Assembly (NCBI GenBank): GCA_903945195.1
Contig: CAJAUT010000023.1
Coordinates: 1 to 59,204 of the forward strand
Direction: 5' to 3'
DNA length: 59,204 nt
From: an uncultured bacterium
Lineage (GTDB): Bacteria > Patescibacteriota > Microgenomatia > UBA1400 > UBA12108
In this document: one piece after another, positions 48,411 through 59,063 of the stretch
Numbering within the stretch: the stretch's first letter is position 1
How the letters are laid out: each line of letters starts with the position of its first letter
Program-made: the position numbers and the translations under genes
Notes under the pieces: generated by a model
Databases searched by the model: none
What the model saw: the letters and a program-made list of their open reading frames with translations, nothing else
What the model was told of the DNA's origin: nothing

Positions 48411-49635
48411 CTGGAATAACTTCTTTTTCCATCCATTTTTGCAGGACCTGGGGAATCGTAATACTACCATCTTCGTTTTGATAGTTTTCGTATATCGCTA
48501 TCATGGCGCGACCTAGTGCAAGAGCCGTACCATTTAGAGTATGTAGACAATGGTTTTCGTTTTTGATTTTGACTTTGATGCCGAGCCGGCGAGCTTGGAA
48601 ATCTGTAGTGTTGCTGGTACTTGTGACTTCGCGATATTTAGCTTGGGAAGGCATCCAAGCTTCGATGTCGTACTTGCGACTAGCTGCATTGCCTAGATCC
48701 CCCGTGGCTTGTTTGATGAGCTGATATGGAATCTCTAGCTCCTGCCAAATTTCTTCTTCTATCTCGCGTAGTTCTTCGTGGATTTTGTCACTTTCTGAGG
48801 GTAGTGCAAAGACTACCATCTCGATCTTGCGGAACTCGTGGACACGTAGGATGCCGCGGACATCTTTGCCGTAGCTACCTTTTTCGTAGCGGTAGCAGTA
48901 TGAATAGCCGGCGTACTTGAGAGGTAGATCAAATTCATTAAAAGTGGTGTCGGCATGTTGACCTACTAGCGTAATCTCGGCCGTACCAATTAAATCTAGA
49001 TCTTCACCTTCGATATGATAAATTTGTCTTTCTTTGTCGGAACGAGCTTGGAAGCCGCAACCTATGACACTTTTTTCATTTGCTACATTTGGGGTGATGA
49101 CTGGGGTGAACCCCTTTTTTGCTAGTTTCATCATGGCGTACTGCATGAGTGCAAATTCTAGGAGTGCCCCGTCGCCTTTGATGTAGTAAAAACCGGACTG
49201 GGCGACCTTGGTGCCATTTGGCATATCTATGGTGCCGGTAAGGAGACCTAGATCTAGATGGTCGCGAACGGGAAAACTGAACTCTTTGGGTTTACCTACC
49301 TGCTTGATCACCTCATTGTCTTCTTCTTTGCCTACTTTGACATCGGGGGCGGAAGGGTTTGGGACTTTTAGCATCAAGTCGTTAAAAGTATTTGTGACAA
49401 TATTTAGATTTTCTTCGATGGTTTTGAGTTCTATTTTTAGAGCGCGACCTTCTTCGATTTGATCACGACCTAGCTTGTTTTTCTTGGCTCTAATTGCTTC
49501 TACTTCACCAATTAGTTTGCGACGCTCTATATCTACCTCGATGATTTTGTCTACCACACTGCCATCAAAACCTTTGTCAAAGGTGGCCTTTGTGACAGAT
49601 TCTTTATTATCGCGAATGAACTGGATATCTAACAT
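48403..49635 (-). CDS. serS: serine-tRNA ligase
   Basis: MLDIQFIR, GTAEI, GILRVHEFRKIE, HTLNGT. Confidence 0.96.
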   Translation of the reverse strand: MLDIQFIRDNKESVTKATFDKGFDGSVVDKIIEVDIERRKLIGEVEAIRAKKNKLGRDQIEEGRALKIELKTIEENLNIVTNTFNDLMLKVPNPSAPDVKVGKEEDNEVIKQVGKPKEFSFPVRDHLDLGLLTGTIDMPNGTKVAQSGFYYIKGDGALLEFALMQYAMMKLAKKGFTPVITPNVANEKSVIGCGFQARSDKERQIYHIEGEDLDLIGTAEITLVGQHADTTFNEFDLPLKYAGYSYCYRYEKGSYGKDVRGILRVHEFRKIEMVVFALPSESDKIHEELREIEEEIWQELEIPYQLIKQATGDLGNAASRKYDIEAWMPSQAKYREVTSTSNTTDFQARRLGIKVKIKNENHCLHTLNGTALALGRAMIAIYENYQNEDGSITIPQVLQKWMEKEVIPVK

Positions 49636-49639
49636 ATTT

Positions 49640-50110
49640 TTATATTATCTCATGTTTGGCAAGAAGCTCAAAGGCTTCTTGTACTGCAGGCAGCGTAAGT
49701 GGGAGACAGTCTAGGATCCTAGCTTCCTCTAGGGTGTACCAGCCGTATGCTGAGGTCTCCCAGTCTGGGTCGTGAGACAGGTCTGGGACTTGGTCACCGA
49801 TAGTGACTAAGTATGAGATGAGGATGACTTGGGTATCCATTTTTTCATCGCTTTCGCTTGAGTACCAGATACTGGTTTTGACGATTGGGTAGGGATGAAT
49901 GATGGTGGCTTTGACGTGGAGTTCCTCGTACATTTCCCGTACCACTGCTTGTTCCATGGTCTCGCCAAAGTCGACTCCACCACCGGCGATCTGCCATTTG
50001 TGGTGCCAGGCAGACACTCCAGGTGCGTGACGCTGTGTGAGTAAGACCTTTTTGCCATCACTTGAGACTGGGATGCCTAGGGCAGCTACGATAATCTTTT
50101 GCTTGGTCAT
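49640..50110 (-). CDS. NUDIX hydrolase
   Basis: GGGVDFGETMEQAVVREMYEEL Nudix box. Confidence 0.9.
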   Translation of the reverse strand: MTKQKIIVAALGIPVSSDGKKVLLTQRHAPGVSAWHHKWQIAGGGVDFGETMEQAVVREMYEELHVKATIIHPYPIVKTSIWYSSESDEKMDTQVILISYLVTIGDQVPDLSHDPDWETSAYGWYTLEEARILDCLPLTLPAVQEAFELLAKHEII

Positions 50111-50895
50111 AAACTATTTGGGATGTCGATAAATTCTACTTCGAGCTTGTCACCAAAGTGAGATTTGATAACCTTACCTAGTTCTTGGACGCCATAGACT
50201 TCTGTGGCGTAGTGACCACAAGCAAAGTAGTTGTACCCTACCCCTTTAGCTTGGGCGATGTTGGGCTCTATGATCTCACCTGTGATATGCGCATCAATTT
50301 TTTTATCTATGATTTCAAAGAGCTCCCTGTCATAAGGCTTAGCACCACCTGTACACACGCCGATTCTAATTACCAACTCTGGACCACCATAAACTGAGAA
50401 AACGTCGTGCGAAGTAAGATCTGCTAGCTTTATAGCTAGTTCAGTTGCTAGAATTGGTTTTTTAAATTCTGCGACATATCCTAATTCATCGTAGTAAGTT
50501 TCCCCCGTCATTACAGCGCCTAGTTCTTTGATCATGACTGCGTTGTTGCCAATGATCTTGTGAGCATCTAGGGCATAGTGATACCCAGCAACTGTTAAAT
50601 TGTTGTCAAAAATATATTTGAGATCTTGTTGTAGACCTTTGTGTATACGAGACGAAACAAGATTGTGATTTGTGAGATCTAAGCCGTGATGTGTGAGGCA
50701 AAAATCAGCACTTGAGGCTACACTTTCTACAAGAAAATCGTGGGTCAGAGAGACGCCAAGAGCAATTTTATTTACTTCATTTTTGCCGTGGATTTGGACA
50801 CCATTACTATATATATCTTTGAGCCGAGCTTTAGAAATTAGATCTTCGCCGATTGTTTTTTCAATGAATGTTATTAGATCATCTCTTTTGATCAT
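50107..50895 (-). CDS. Nif3-like dinuclear metal centre protein
   Basis: NGVQI.G, THHGL, YHYALDAH, GHYATE. Confidence 0.9.
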   Translation of the reverse strand: MIKRDDLITFIEKTIGEDLISKARLKDIYSNGVQIHGKNEVNKIALGVSLTHDFLVESVASSADFCLTHHGLDLTNHNLVSSRIHKGLQQDLKYIFDNNLTVAGYHYALDAHKIIGNNAVMIKELGAVMTGETYYDELGYVAEFKKPILATELAIKLADLTSHDVFSVYGGPELVIRIGVCTGGAKPYDRELFEIIDKKIDAHITGEIIEPNIAQAKGVGYNYFACGHYATEVYGVQELGKVIKSHFGDKLEVEFIDIPNSL

Positions 50896-53009
50896 ACGCC
50901 TAACTCTCCGGCAATTTCTTGCATAGCTTTTAGAACTAGTGGGACGTGCTCAGTCCACAGGTCAACTCCGAGTTCGGTGGCACCTAGCTCTACTTCGGCT
51001 CGATTTACGCCGGCGGCAAAGCCTTTGTCTTTCCATTTCTTTTTGATGGAAGATACTTCGACATCTGCTATTTTTTTACTTGGTCTGACTAGAGCAGTAG
51101 TCATGATTAAACCTGTGATCTCATCAGATGCAAAAAGAGCTTTTTCTAGATTACTTTCTCTTGTTACACCAGTGTGTATGGCATGGCTCATGATGGCTCG
51201 GATGATTTCTTCACTCACTCCCTTCTCTCTTAGTATCTCACTACCTTTTTGAGGATGTCCTTCGAGTGTGGGGTGGATCTCCCAGTCAAAATCATGCAGT
51301 AGTCCAGTGACTCTATATAGTTCTTCGTCTTCGCCAAACTTTTTGGCGTAAGAGGCCATGACTGCTTCGACCGCGAGCATGTGGCGGATGAGACCTTCGT
51401 TTTTAACATATTCTTTAACAATAGAAAGTGCTTCGTCGCGACTAATATTACTTTTGAGTTGTGATTTTGCAACATTTTTTGTCGAAGATTTATTTGATTG
51501 TTCGCTCTCTATCCCATAGATACTCTTTGTGAGCTGTGAGACGTGCCGTTTCATCTGAGGGAAGAGTGTGCCTTCGCGGGCGGTCACGTTTTCGAGGAAC
51601 CAGAAAAGGCGTTCGGATACTCCTAGTCCACTAGCTGGTGGCATGCCATATTCAAGCATTTCTACGTAGTCGATATCTAGCATTTGAGCTTCGTCGTCTC
51701 CTGCGTCACGCTGTGATTGCTGGTCCATGAATCTAGCTAGTTGATCCACGGGATCATTTAGCTCACTGTAACCATTGCAGAGTTCGCTTCCAGCCAAAAT
51801 GATTTGGAAACGCTCAGTAATTGCTTCGTTGTCTGCGTATGACTTGGCAAGAGGAGAGATAAATTTGGGTACATTGATAAGAAATGCTGGGCCAGCCACA
51901 TCCGCGCGGATGATTTTCCAGAGATTGTCTACCAGTCTAGCTTTGCCTACTTTGCCGTCAAGGCGCACCCCGTGCTTCATGAGTACAGCCGCCATCTTTG
52001 ACTCATCGTCATTAAAGATATCGATACCGAGTTTGTTTAAAATCACGGTCGCATAATCTAGCTCTTCCCAATCACCGCTTAAATCAAAAGTATGTACTCC
52101 CCTCGTGAATTTGGTAGTGCCGTAGACATCTTGCGCGAGGCGGCGGAAAAGATCACGAGTAAGTGTCATATTGTCACGGAAATCTGCGTAGGCCCAGTAC
52201 CATTCGAGCTGATAATATTCCTGTAAATGTTCATCGTCTATTCCTTCGTTGCGAAAATTGGGGGCGAGGGTATAGATCTTTTCAAAGCCACCTCCAAGCA
52301 GTCTTTTTTGATACAGCTCGGTGGAGATGCGCATATAAAAAGTCTCATCTAGTGCATTGTGGTGAGTCTCAAAAGGTTTAGCATCGGCTCCGCCTGTGAC
52401 ATGTTCTAACACTGGTGTCTCTACTTCTAGAAATCCGTTTTCTGCCATATACATACGAGCCACAGCCCAGAATTTACTCTTGCGAATAAATAGATCGCGT
52501 CGATCTTTGTTTATAGCTAGATCTAGGTAGCGGCGACGAAAGATTGTGTCTGCGTCTTTTAGTCCTTCCCAGCTATCTGGAAGTGGGCGGATGGATTTGG
52601 TCAGCAAGCGAAACTCCTGCACATCTAGAGAGATAGCACCGGTTTTGCTTTTACATACTAGTCCCTTGGCTTCGACAAAATCACCTACATCAATGAGCGA
52701 TAATTCTTCAAATCCAAGCGTGCCTTTTTTCTTGTCTAGAGCTACTAAATTGCTAGCACGTAGGAGTAGCTGGATCTTGCCGGACTGATCCTCTAGATCG
52801 CCAAAGGCGAGCTTGCCGTGCTCACGTAGCGCGCGCAGGCGACCAGTCAAAGAGACAGTCTTACCATCATATTTTTCAAACTCTGAGACCACTGTGCCAT
52901 TTGCCACTTCCTTGTGAGACTGTGCAGGATATGGAGAGATCCCAAGAGCGATAAGCTTTTTTAGCTTGGCAATGCGTTCGTTACGGATTTCTTCTAGACG
53001 AGAACTCAT
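50892..53009 (-). CDS. lysS: class II lysine-tRNA ligase fused to a C-terminal HD-domain hydrolase
   Basis: RRRYLDL, FRNEG, YGMPP..GLG; after a linker, RHMLAVE...GLLHDFD...H...SHA...DEITG. Confidence 0.93.
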   Translation of the reverse strand: MSSRLEEIRNERIAKLKKLIALGISPYPAQSHKEVANGTVVSEFEKYDGKTVSLTGRLRALREHGKLAFGDLEDQSGKIQLLLRASNLVALDKKKGTLGFEELSLIDVGDFVEAKGLVCKSKTGAISLDVQEFRLLTKSIRPLPDSWEGLKDADTIFRRRYLDLAINKDRRDLFIRKSKFWAVARMYMAENGFLEVETPVLEHVTGGADAKPFETHHNALDETFYMRISTELYQKRLLGGGFEKIYTLAPNFRNEGIDDEHLQEYYQLEWYWAYADFRDNMTLTRDLFRRLAQDVYGTTKFTRGVHTFDLSGDWEELDYATVILNKLGIDIFNDDESKMAAVLMKHGVRLDGKVGKARLVDNLWKIIRADVAGPAFLINVPKFISPLAKSYADNEAITERFQIILAGSELCNGYSELNDPVDQLARFMDQQSQRDAGDDEAQMLDIDYVEMLEYGMPPASGLGVSERLFWFLENVTAREGTLFPQMKRHVSQLTKSIYGIESEQSNKSSTKNVAKSQLKSNISRDEALSIVKEYVKNEGLIRHMLAVEAVMASYAKKFGEDEELYRVTGLLHDFDWEIHPTLEGHPQKGSEILREKGVSEEIIRAIMSHAIHTGVTRESNLEKALFASDEITGLIMTTALVRPSKKIADVEVSSIKKKWKDKGFAAGVNRAEVELGATELGVDLWTEHVPLVLKAMQEIAGELGV

Positions 53010-53027
53010 GGGTTGATTATACCCGAT

Positions 53028-53495
53028 TTAGTGAATTTTTTTGATTTTGTAGATGACTTTGCCGGCGGGAGCCTGGAACTCTACAGCCTCGCCCATTTTT
53101 TTGCCATATAGTGCTTGGCCAAGTGGAGAGGTATGTGAAATCTTTTTCTTCATGGGATCGGCTTCCCACTCACCTACTATCTCATAGGTATGTTCTTTGC
53201 CTGCTACTGTGACTGTGACCTTGCAGCCGATATCTACTGAGCCTTTTTTGGCTTTACCAACTACTTCGGCTTTGGCGATGATATTTTCTAGCTCTTCTAC
53301 ACGACCTTCGATAAATGAGAGCTCTTCTTTGGCTGCATGATACTCTGCGTTTTCGGAAAGATCACCAAAATCACGAGCACGAGCTACGCGTTCTATCGCA
53401 TCTGTGAGTTTTTTACCTTTAAGTTCGTTTAGCTCGGCTTGTATTTCTACAAGTCCTTCTTTGGTAAATTGGATTTTGTCGTTTAGTTTTGTCAT
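53028..53495 (-). CDS. greA: transcription elongation factor GreA
   Basis: ARDFGDLSENAEYHAAK, ISHTSPLG. Confidence 0.95.
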   Translation of the reverse strand: MTKLNDKIQFTKEGLVEIQAELNELKGKKLTDAIERVARARDFGDLSENAEYHAAKEELSFIEGRVEELENIIAKAEVVGKAKKGSVDIGCKVTVTVAGKEHTYEIVGEWEADPMKKKISHTSPLGQALYGKKMGEAVEFQAPAGKVIYKIKKIH

Positions 53496-53615
53496 AGTGC
53501 TCTACGAATGATAGCAAACCCTAGGCAAGAGTCAATATACCTATAGTGCGTAGGAGTGGTATAGTGGAGTTATGAAGGCGCCGCCGTTAAAACTATGGCG
53601 CCCGAAGGAGGGAAT

Positions 53616-53984
53616 ATGACCGGATACACAGCAAACATAGAAGAGATCACACAGCAAAATACAAATTTTAGACAAGTGCTATATACAGGTACTTATGCCC
53701 AGCTGGTGGCTATGAGCTTGCTCAAAGACGAAGAAATTGGGATGGAGGTACACAAAACAGTAGACCAGTTTTTCCGGATAGAATCAGGTACTGCCAAGAT
53801 CATAATGAACGGGGAAGAAACGACACTCACTGACGGGATGGTCGCAGTTGTACCCGCAGGAGTAGAACATAATCTCATCAATGTAGGGCCAGGAAGCCTA
53901 AAACTTTACACTCTATACTCACCACCAAATCACCCAGTAGGCACTATTCACAAAACCAAAGCCGAGGCGATGGCGGCAGAATAA
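53616..53984 (+). CDS. cupin domain protein
   Basis: NFRQVLYTG..QLV.MSL, EVH..DQFF, HNLIN, YSPPNH; AAGGAGG before ATG 53616. Confidence 0.88.
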   Translation: MTGYTANIEEITQQNTNFRQVLYTGTYAQLVAMSLLKDEEIGMEVHKTVDQFFRIESGTAKIIMNGEETTLTDGMVAVVPAGVEHNLINVGPGSLKLYTLYSPPNHPVGTIHKTKAEAMAAE

Positions 53985-54031
53985 TAAAAGTATAGACAAA
54001 CCACTACTCATACTGATATAGTGATTAGTAT

Positions 54032-54415
54032 ATGAAAAAAATACTAATGATTGCTGTCCCCTTGTTACTAGTAGCTGGTTTGTACTATGGATACCAAATG
54101 ATGTATCCTAAACCTATGCCAAAACCTGTTTCAAATACTACTGGCGATACTATGATTACAAAGAAAATCTCCTTGGATGAGATAGCAGAGCATGCAACAG
54201 CAGATAGCTGCTGGATGGCGATACAAGGCAAAGTATATGATGTCACTCCTTTTGTAAAATCTGGTTTCCATCCTGGCAAAGATGCGATCCTTTTGGGATG
54301 TGGCAAAGATGCAACAGAGATGTTTACCAATCGCCCAAATGGCAGTGGATCACATTCTGAAAAAGCATTTTCTGGTCTACCAAAATACGAGATTGGACTA
54401 CTAGCTACAAACTAA
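54032..54415 (+). CDS. membrane-anchored cytochrome b5-like protein
   Basis: H...DSCW.AI.GKVYDVT, HPG, CGKDAT..F, HS. Confidence 0.88.
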   Translation: MKKILMIAVPLLLVAGLYYGYQMMYPKPMPKPVSNTTGDTMITKKISLDEIAEHATADSCWMAIQGKVYDVTPFVKSGFHPGKDAILLGCGKDATEMFTNRPNGSGSHSEKAFSGLPKYEIGLLATN

Positions 54416-54416
54416 G

Positions 54417-55082
54417 CTACCAGTTGATTCCTTTAAGTTTGAGACTCTCTAAATAAGTGTTGCACTTGGAAAATGGCTTGGAGCCAAAGAAGCCGTTGTA
54501 CGCAGAAAAAGGTGATGGGTGAGGAGACTTGATGACGAAGTGTTTTTTTTCATCGATCACAATACCTTTTTTCTGCGCATAAGCACCCCAAAGGATAAAT
54601 ACTAGATTTTCTTTTTGACCTGACAACTGCTTGATCACAGAGTCGGTGAAATCTTCCCAGCCCTTTTTTTGATGAGAGCCAGGCGAACTTTCTTTAACAG
54701 TGAGCGTGGCATTTAATAGCAGTACTCCCTGCTTGGCCCAACCCTCTAGGTCTCCTTGTGGATAGCTAGGCTTGTGCCCTAGATCGCTTTCGATTTCTTT
54801 GTAGATATTTTTGACTGATGGCGGCAGACGTACACCTTGGTTTACAGCAAAGCAAAGCCCATTGGCTTGCCCCTGACCGTGATAGGGATCTTGGCCTAAG
54901 ATGACTACCTTCACTTGATCAAAGGGTGTGAGCTCGAAGGCTCGAAAGATAAACTTGGGTGGAGGATAGACTCCACCTGAGAGATACTCTGATTTTACAA
55001 AACTCGTCAAATCTTTAAAGTATGGCTTATCAAATTGATCAAATAAAACTTGTTTCCAACTCGCTTCAATTTTTACTTCCAT
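54417..55082 (-). CDS. ung: uracil-DNA glycosylase
   Basis: GQDPYH, GVLLLN, HPSPFS. Confidence 0.96.
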   Translation of the reverse strand: MEVKIEASWKQVLFDQFDKPYFKDLTSFVKSEYLSGGVYPPPKFIFRAFELTPFDQVKVVILGQDPYHGQGQANGLCFAVNQGVRLPPSVKNIYKEIESDLGHKPSYPQGDLEGWAKQGVLLLNATLTVKESSPGSHQKKGWEDFTDSVIKQLSGQKENLVFILWGAYAQKKGIVIDEKKHFVIKSPHPSPFSAYNGFFGSKPFSKCNTYLESLKLKGINW

Positions 55083-57534
55083 GGATAGCCCCTATTTTAA
55101 ATAACTTGATAAACTCCATAAGCAAATAACAGAAAACTACGATGATGGCTATATATAGTAGGTCGATGAGCGGGATCATGTCAAAGTGAAAAAGCTCTGC
55201 TGCAGGACCAAAAGAAAAGATGACAAAGAGTGAGACCGTAGTGATGATAGAGATAAGCCAAAAAGAATTATTTCTGGCAGTATGTACACCTTTGAAAATA
55301 GATGTGTTTGAAAGTTTCACTTTTATAAGCGATAAATTGCAGATGACCAAAGTGATAAAGGCGATAAATCTAGCACTACCTTCTGGCACCTGGTTTGAGA
55401 GTGCAAACATGTAGGAAGCGAGAGTAAAGCCAAGTATGATGAGTCCATCAATAGCAGCTTGGAAGATACGGGTCTTGTCAAAGAGAGGAGTTTCTAGCTT
55501 TCGTGGCGGACGATCCATGATCCCTTCTTCTTCTTTTTCTACCTCAAAGATGATGGAGCTAGCTGGGTCTACGATGAGCTCTAGGAAAGCTATATGGAGC
55601 GGATACAGCACGGCTGGTAACCCTAGGAAAAGTGGGAGAATGGCGATACCTGCAATCGGGATATGGATAGAAAAAATGTAGCCGATCGCTTTTTGAAGAT
55701 TGTCATAGATACGACGACCTAACTTGATAGCATCTACGATAGAGGAAAAATTATCGTCCAGCAGGATTAGGTCAGCAGATTCTCTGGCTACATCGGTCCC
55801 CTTTTCGCCCATAGCGATCCCGATACTGGCTGCTTTTAAAGCTGGAGCATCATTGATGCCGTCCCCTGTCATAGCCACAATTTCTCCATGTAGTTTGAGA
55901 GCTTCGACGATCTTTAGTTTTTGATCAGGTAGTACGCGGGCAAAGATATTTACACCTTTGATTTGCTGACTGATCTCTTCTACGGACAAAGTTTCGAGCT
56001 CTGCACCTGTGATATAGGCGGTAGGATTTTTGATACCTGCCTGCGTGGCGATAGACATGGCAGTGCCAGGATAGTCGCCCGTGATCATAATCACCCTGAT
56101 CCCCGCCTTGTGACAGAGTGACATCGACCCAGGGACACTTGCACGAATAGGATCGACAAAGCCGATGAGTCCTAAAAATTCAAATTCCAATTCTTTTTGA
56201 GATGATGGGTATTTAGTTCCTTTAAATACGCCCCTTGCTACACCCAAGACTCTTTGGCCTTTTTCTGCAAGATTGTGCATTTCTTCCATCCATTTCTTGG
56301 TGTCTGAGGCGCTTAGTTTGCACATAGACATGATAGTTTCTGGTGCACCTTTGGCACTGATAATTTGATCTTGTGAAGCCGGAGACTGCCAGATCCTGGT
56401 GACTGCCATCACATCTTTTGATAAATTGTATGTATGCTTGAGATGCCAATTTTCTAGTTCGTCATCACCTATTAATTTGGCCAAATATTTGCTATTAATT
56501 TCTTTTTCGAGCGGGTCAAAGGCGGATCTTTTACTAGCTAGCTTGGCGAAAGTAAGGAGCTCAAATTCTTTAATTTTATTTGGCAGGAAACTTACTAGTT
56601 CCATGTTGTTTGAGGTGAGCGTACCAGTCTTGTCTACGCAGAGGACTGTCGTGGCACCTAGTGTCTCGATAGACTGATTGTTGCGGGTCAAGACATTGCT
56701 TTTGGAGATGCGCCAGGCACCAAGGGCTAAAAATATGGTCAAAACTACCGGGAATTCCTCGGGCAACATAGACATGGCGAGAGTGAGTCCGGTAAGTAGG
56801 CTATCTAACAGGTCGCTGGTGAGGTAGAAATATACGCCAAATAGTAGGATACAAGCTGCAAGTCCCACGAGTCCAAATACTTTAACAATCTGCCCTATCT
56901 CGGTTTTTAGCAGCGGATCAGTATCTATCACAGTCTCTAGGGACTTACCTATCTTGCCGATCTCTGTGTCATAGGCCACGGCGGTCACTTTTGCGATACC
57001 AGATCCCTGGACCATAAGTGCCCCGGAGTGGACTTTGCTTGATATTGAATCGTCAAGCGACTTGGCGATGGGGAGTGACTCTCCGGTCAAGAGCGACTCA
57101 TCACACATGATATTTTGGCTAACTACTAGCTCGCCGTCTGCCACGATGCGAGATCCCTCTTCTACCACTAGCATGTCTCCTACTACGACCTCGCGACTAC
57201 TGATGCGCACGTGCTTACCATCTCTGACGACTATGGCCATGGGAGCCCCGAGCTCTCGCAAAGCCTCTAGTGCCCTTTCGGTTTTGCGCTCTTGGTATAG
57301 CGTGATACCTACGACAAAGACAACTGATAGGCCTAGGGCGATAGAATCCTTTGGCTCTCCTATCAGGACATAGATCAATGCGATGAGGAAGAGGATGAGG
57401 ATCATGGGCTCTTTGAAAACTTTGAAGATCAGGGAGAAGATACTACTACGCTTGGTCGTCTTGATCTCGTTGAAACCGTTCTCTTTGAGGCGTGATAAAG
57501 CAACGGAAGATGTAAGTCCGATTATTCTGTCCAT
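55066..57534 (-). CDS. P-type cation-transporting ATPase (type II-like)
   Basis: TGES, PEEFP, DKTGTLT, KGAPE, MITGD, TGDGINDAPAL. Confidence 0.93.
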   Translation of the reverse strand: MDRIIGLTSSVALSRLKENGFNEIKTTKRSSIFSLIFKVFKEPMILILFLIALIYVLIGEPKDSIALGLSVVFVVGITLYQERKTERALEALRELGAPMAIVVRDGKHVRISSREVVVGDMLVVEEGSRIVADGELVVSQNIMCDESLLTGESLPIAKSLDDSISSKVHSGALMVQGSGIAKVTAVAYDTEIGKIGKSLETVIDTDPLLKTEIGQIVKVFGLVGLAACILLFGVYFYLTSDLLDSLLTGLTLAMSMLPEEFPVVLTIFLALGAWRISKSNVLTRNNQSIETLGATTVLCVDKTGTLTSNNMELVSFLPNKIKEFELLTFAKLASKRSAFDPLEKEINSKYLAKLIGDDELENWHLKHTYNLSKDVMAVTRIWQSPASQDQIISAKGAPETIMSMCKLSASDTKKWMEEMHNLAEKGQRVLGVARGVFKGTKYPSSQKELEFEFLGLIGFVDPIRASVPGSMSLCHKAGIRVIMITGDYPGTAMSIATQAGIKNPTAYITGAELETLSVEEISQQIKGVNIFARVLPDQKLKIVEALKLHGEIVAMTGDGINDAPALKAASIGIAMGEKGTDVARESADLILLDDNFSSIVDAIKLGRRIYDNLQKAIGYIFSIHIPIAGIAILPLFLGLPAVLYPLHIAFLELIVDPASSIIFEVEKEEEGIMDRPPRKLETPLFDKTRIFQAAIDGLIILGFTLASYMFALSNQVPEGSARFIAFITLVICNLSLIKVKLSNTSIFKGVHTARNNSFWLISIITTVSLFVIFSFGPAAELFHFDMIPLIDLLYIAIIVVFCYLLMEFIKLFKIGAIHGSKN

Positions 57535-57581
57535 AATATGCGTTACCTATATGATAACGTATATCTGAATGGAGAGGTAGA

Positions 57582-59009
57582 TTACTTGTCTTTATTTGTG
57601 CGGACGCGTTTCCAGCGGATAATGAGCCGATTTTCATGGATCATCATCACCATACCAAGTTTCTCATGTTTTGATAGAGCGGTAGTGCAGATACCACCAA
57701 CCTCTAGTGTCATACCTCCTATCGTTATGCTTACGGGGATGGTGGATATATGCATGCCGGGAATGAGCGCCTCCAATATACCGAGCATTTCAGAGAGCTC
57801 CCAAACCTTGCCGTACTCAGAAGGCGGTAAGGCTTTTAGTAGTTTGCCTACGATATCTTGAGTGACGTCTTTTTGACGTGCAAAGCCAAACAGATATTTA
57901 CCTTGCTGTTCCTTATTTGGATGAAGTAGGTCTTGATCCTTTAACCAATTAGTGTCATTATTCTCCAACTTTTCAAAAATCTCTTCAATATTTTCGATAT
58001 TGTACAAATTTAGCTGCTCTCTGATTAAGTGATTGAATCGTAGATTGGAAGCTGTAAGACTTTTACCATCAACGCCGAGTATTTTTAGGATGCGTAGCCA
58101 GATATAAACAGATTTTGGAATTTCGATATTTTTTTTCTCTAATTTCTCTTTGAATTTATCAAAATCTTCAGATAGATTTATAAATTCATCATCTGTTATC
58201 ATCATCGACTCAGAGATAGTATTGCCGTCTGTTTCTATTTCATCTGATAATTTTAGCTGAGCTTCTATATCTGCATCGCTTACACTTTTTACGTCGACAG
58301 CATTATCTTTGCCATAGAGCTTTTTAGTAAAGTTTTGAAGCAATGAACCTGCCACGACTCCGTCCTGAGGGAAGTGACTAGATAGAATGTAAGAGCGAGA
58401 ATTTCCTCCTTCTGCTCCTTCTAAAAGTATGATGATATATGGAGCTTGCTTAAAAAGTTCTTTTATCTTTGAAATATTATCTGTATTATTAATACTATCT
58501 GATTCTGCATGATTTAGCTTTAAGATAATTGGAGACTTTTTGTATGCTTGCTTTGCTAAGTCTACGTCCGTGAGGCCACTTAAACCATGAATTATTCGAG
58601 GATATTTTGCGACAGACATGGAATAAGCGGGATCTATCACAATTTTATTATCCTTATTTGAAAATATTTGTGGATTAACAAACGCTTGTTTGTAAGCATG
58701 TCTGATACCTTCGTCGCTTACTTCTTTTGACTTGAAATATACTGCATGACCAAAAGCTCTATCCAAAGAATGCTTTAAGATTTTATCTACCAGCCAGCGC
58801 CAGGGAGATGAATCTCCTTCCTTTACCAATTTGTCCAAGAAAGATACGGCTTTGTCTGGCACTATTAAATCTAACTTAGCAAGATTATTAACAATGGGAA
58901 CAGCCAAGATCCCAATAAGTTGAAGAAAAGATGATTTTCTATCGATACTTTGTCCCAACTCCGACATCCGTACTAGAAAGCCTGGTGTAGTTTCTTGAGC
59001 TTCAATCAT
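57582..59009 (-). CDS. hypothetical protein
   Basis: Long AT-rich ORF with no motif I recognise; start likely MIEAQ. Confidence 0.7.
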   Translation of the reverse strand: MIEAQETTPGFLVRMSELGQSIDRKSSFLQLIGILAVPIVNNLAKLDLIVPDKAVSFLDKLVKEGDSSPWRWLVDKILKHSLDRAFGHAVYFKSKEVSDEGIRHAYKQAFVNPQIFSNKDNKIVIDPAYSMSVAKYPRIIHGLSGLTDVDLAKQAYKKSPIILKLNHAESDSINNTDNISKIKELFKQAPYIIILLEGAEGGNSRSYILSSHFPQDGVVAGSLLQNFTKKLYGKDNAVDVKSVSDADIEAQLKLSDEIETDGNTISESMMITDDEFINLSEDFDKFKEKLEKKNIEIPKSVYIWLRILKILGVDGKSLTASNLRFNHLIREQLNLYNIENIEEIFEKLENNDTNWLKDQDLLHPNKEQQGKYLFGFARQKDVTQDIVGKLLKALPPSEYGKVWELSEMLGILEALIPGMHISTIPVSITIGGMTLEVGGICTTALSKHEKLGMVMMIHENRLIIRWKRVRTNKDK

Positions 59010-59063
59010 AAGGTGAAGATTATACAATATACTATGAGATATTTCCTAATAGTTGAAGTATAT

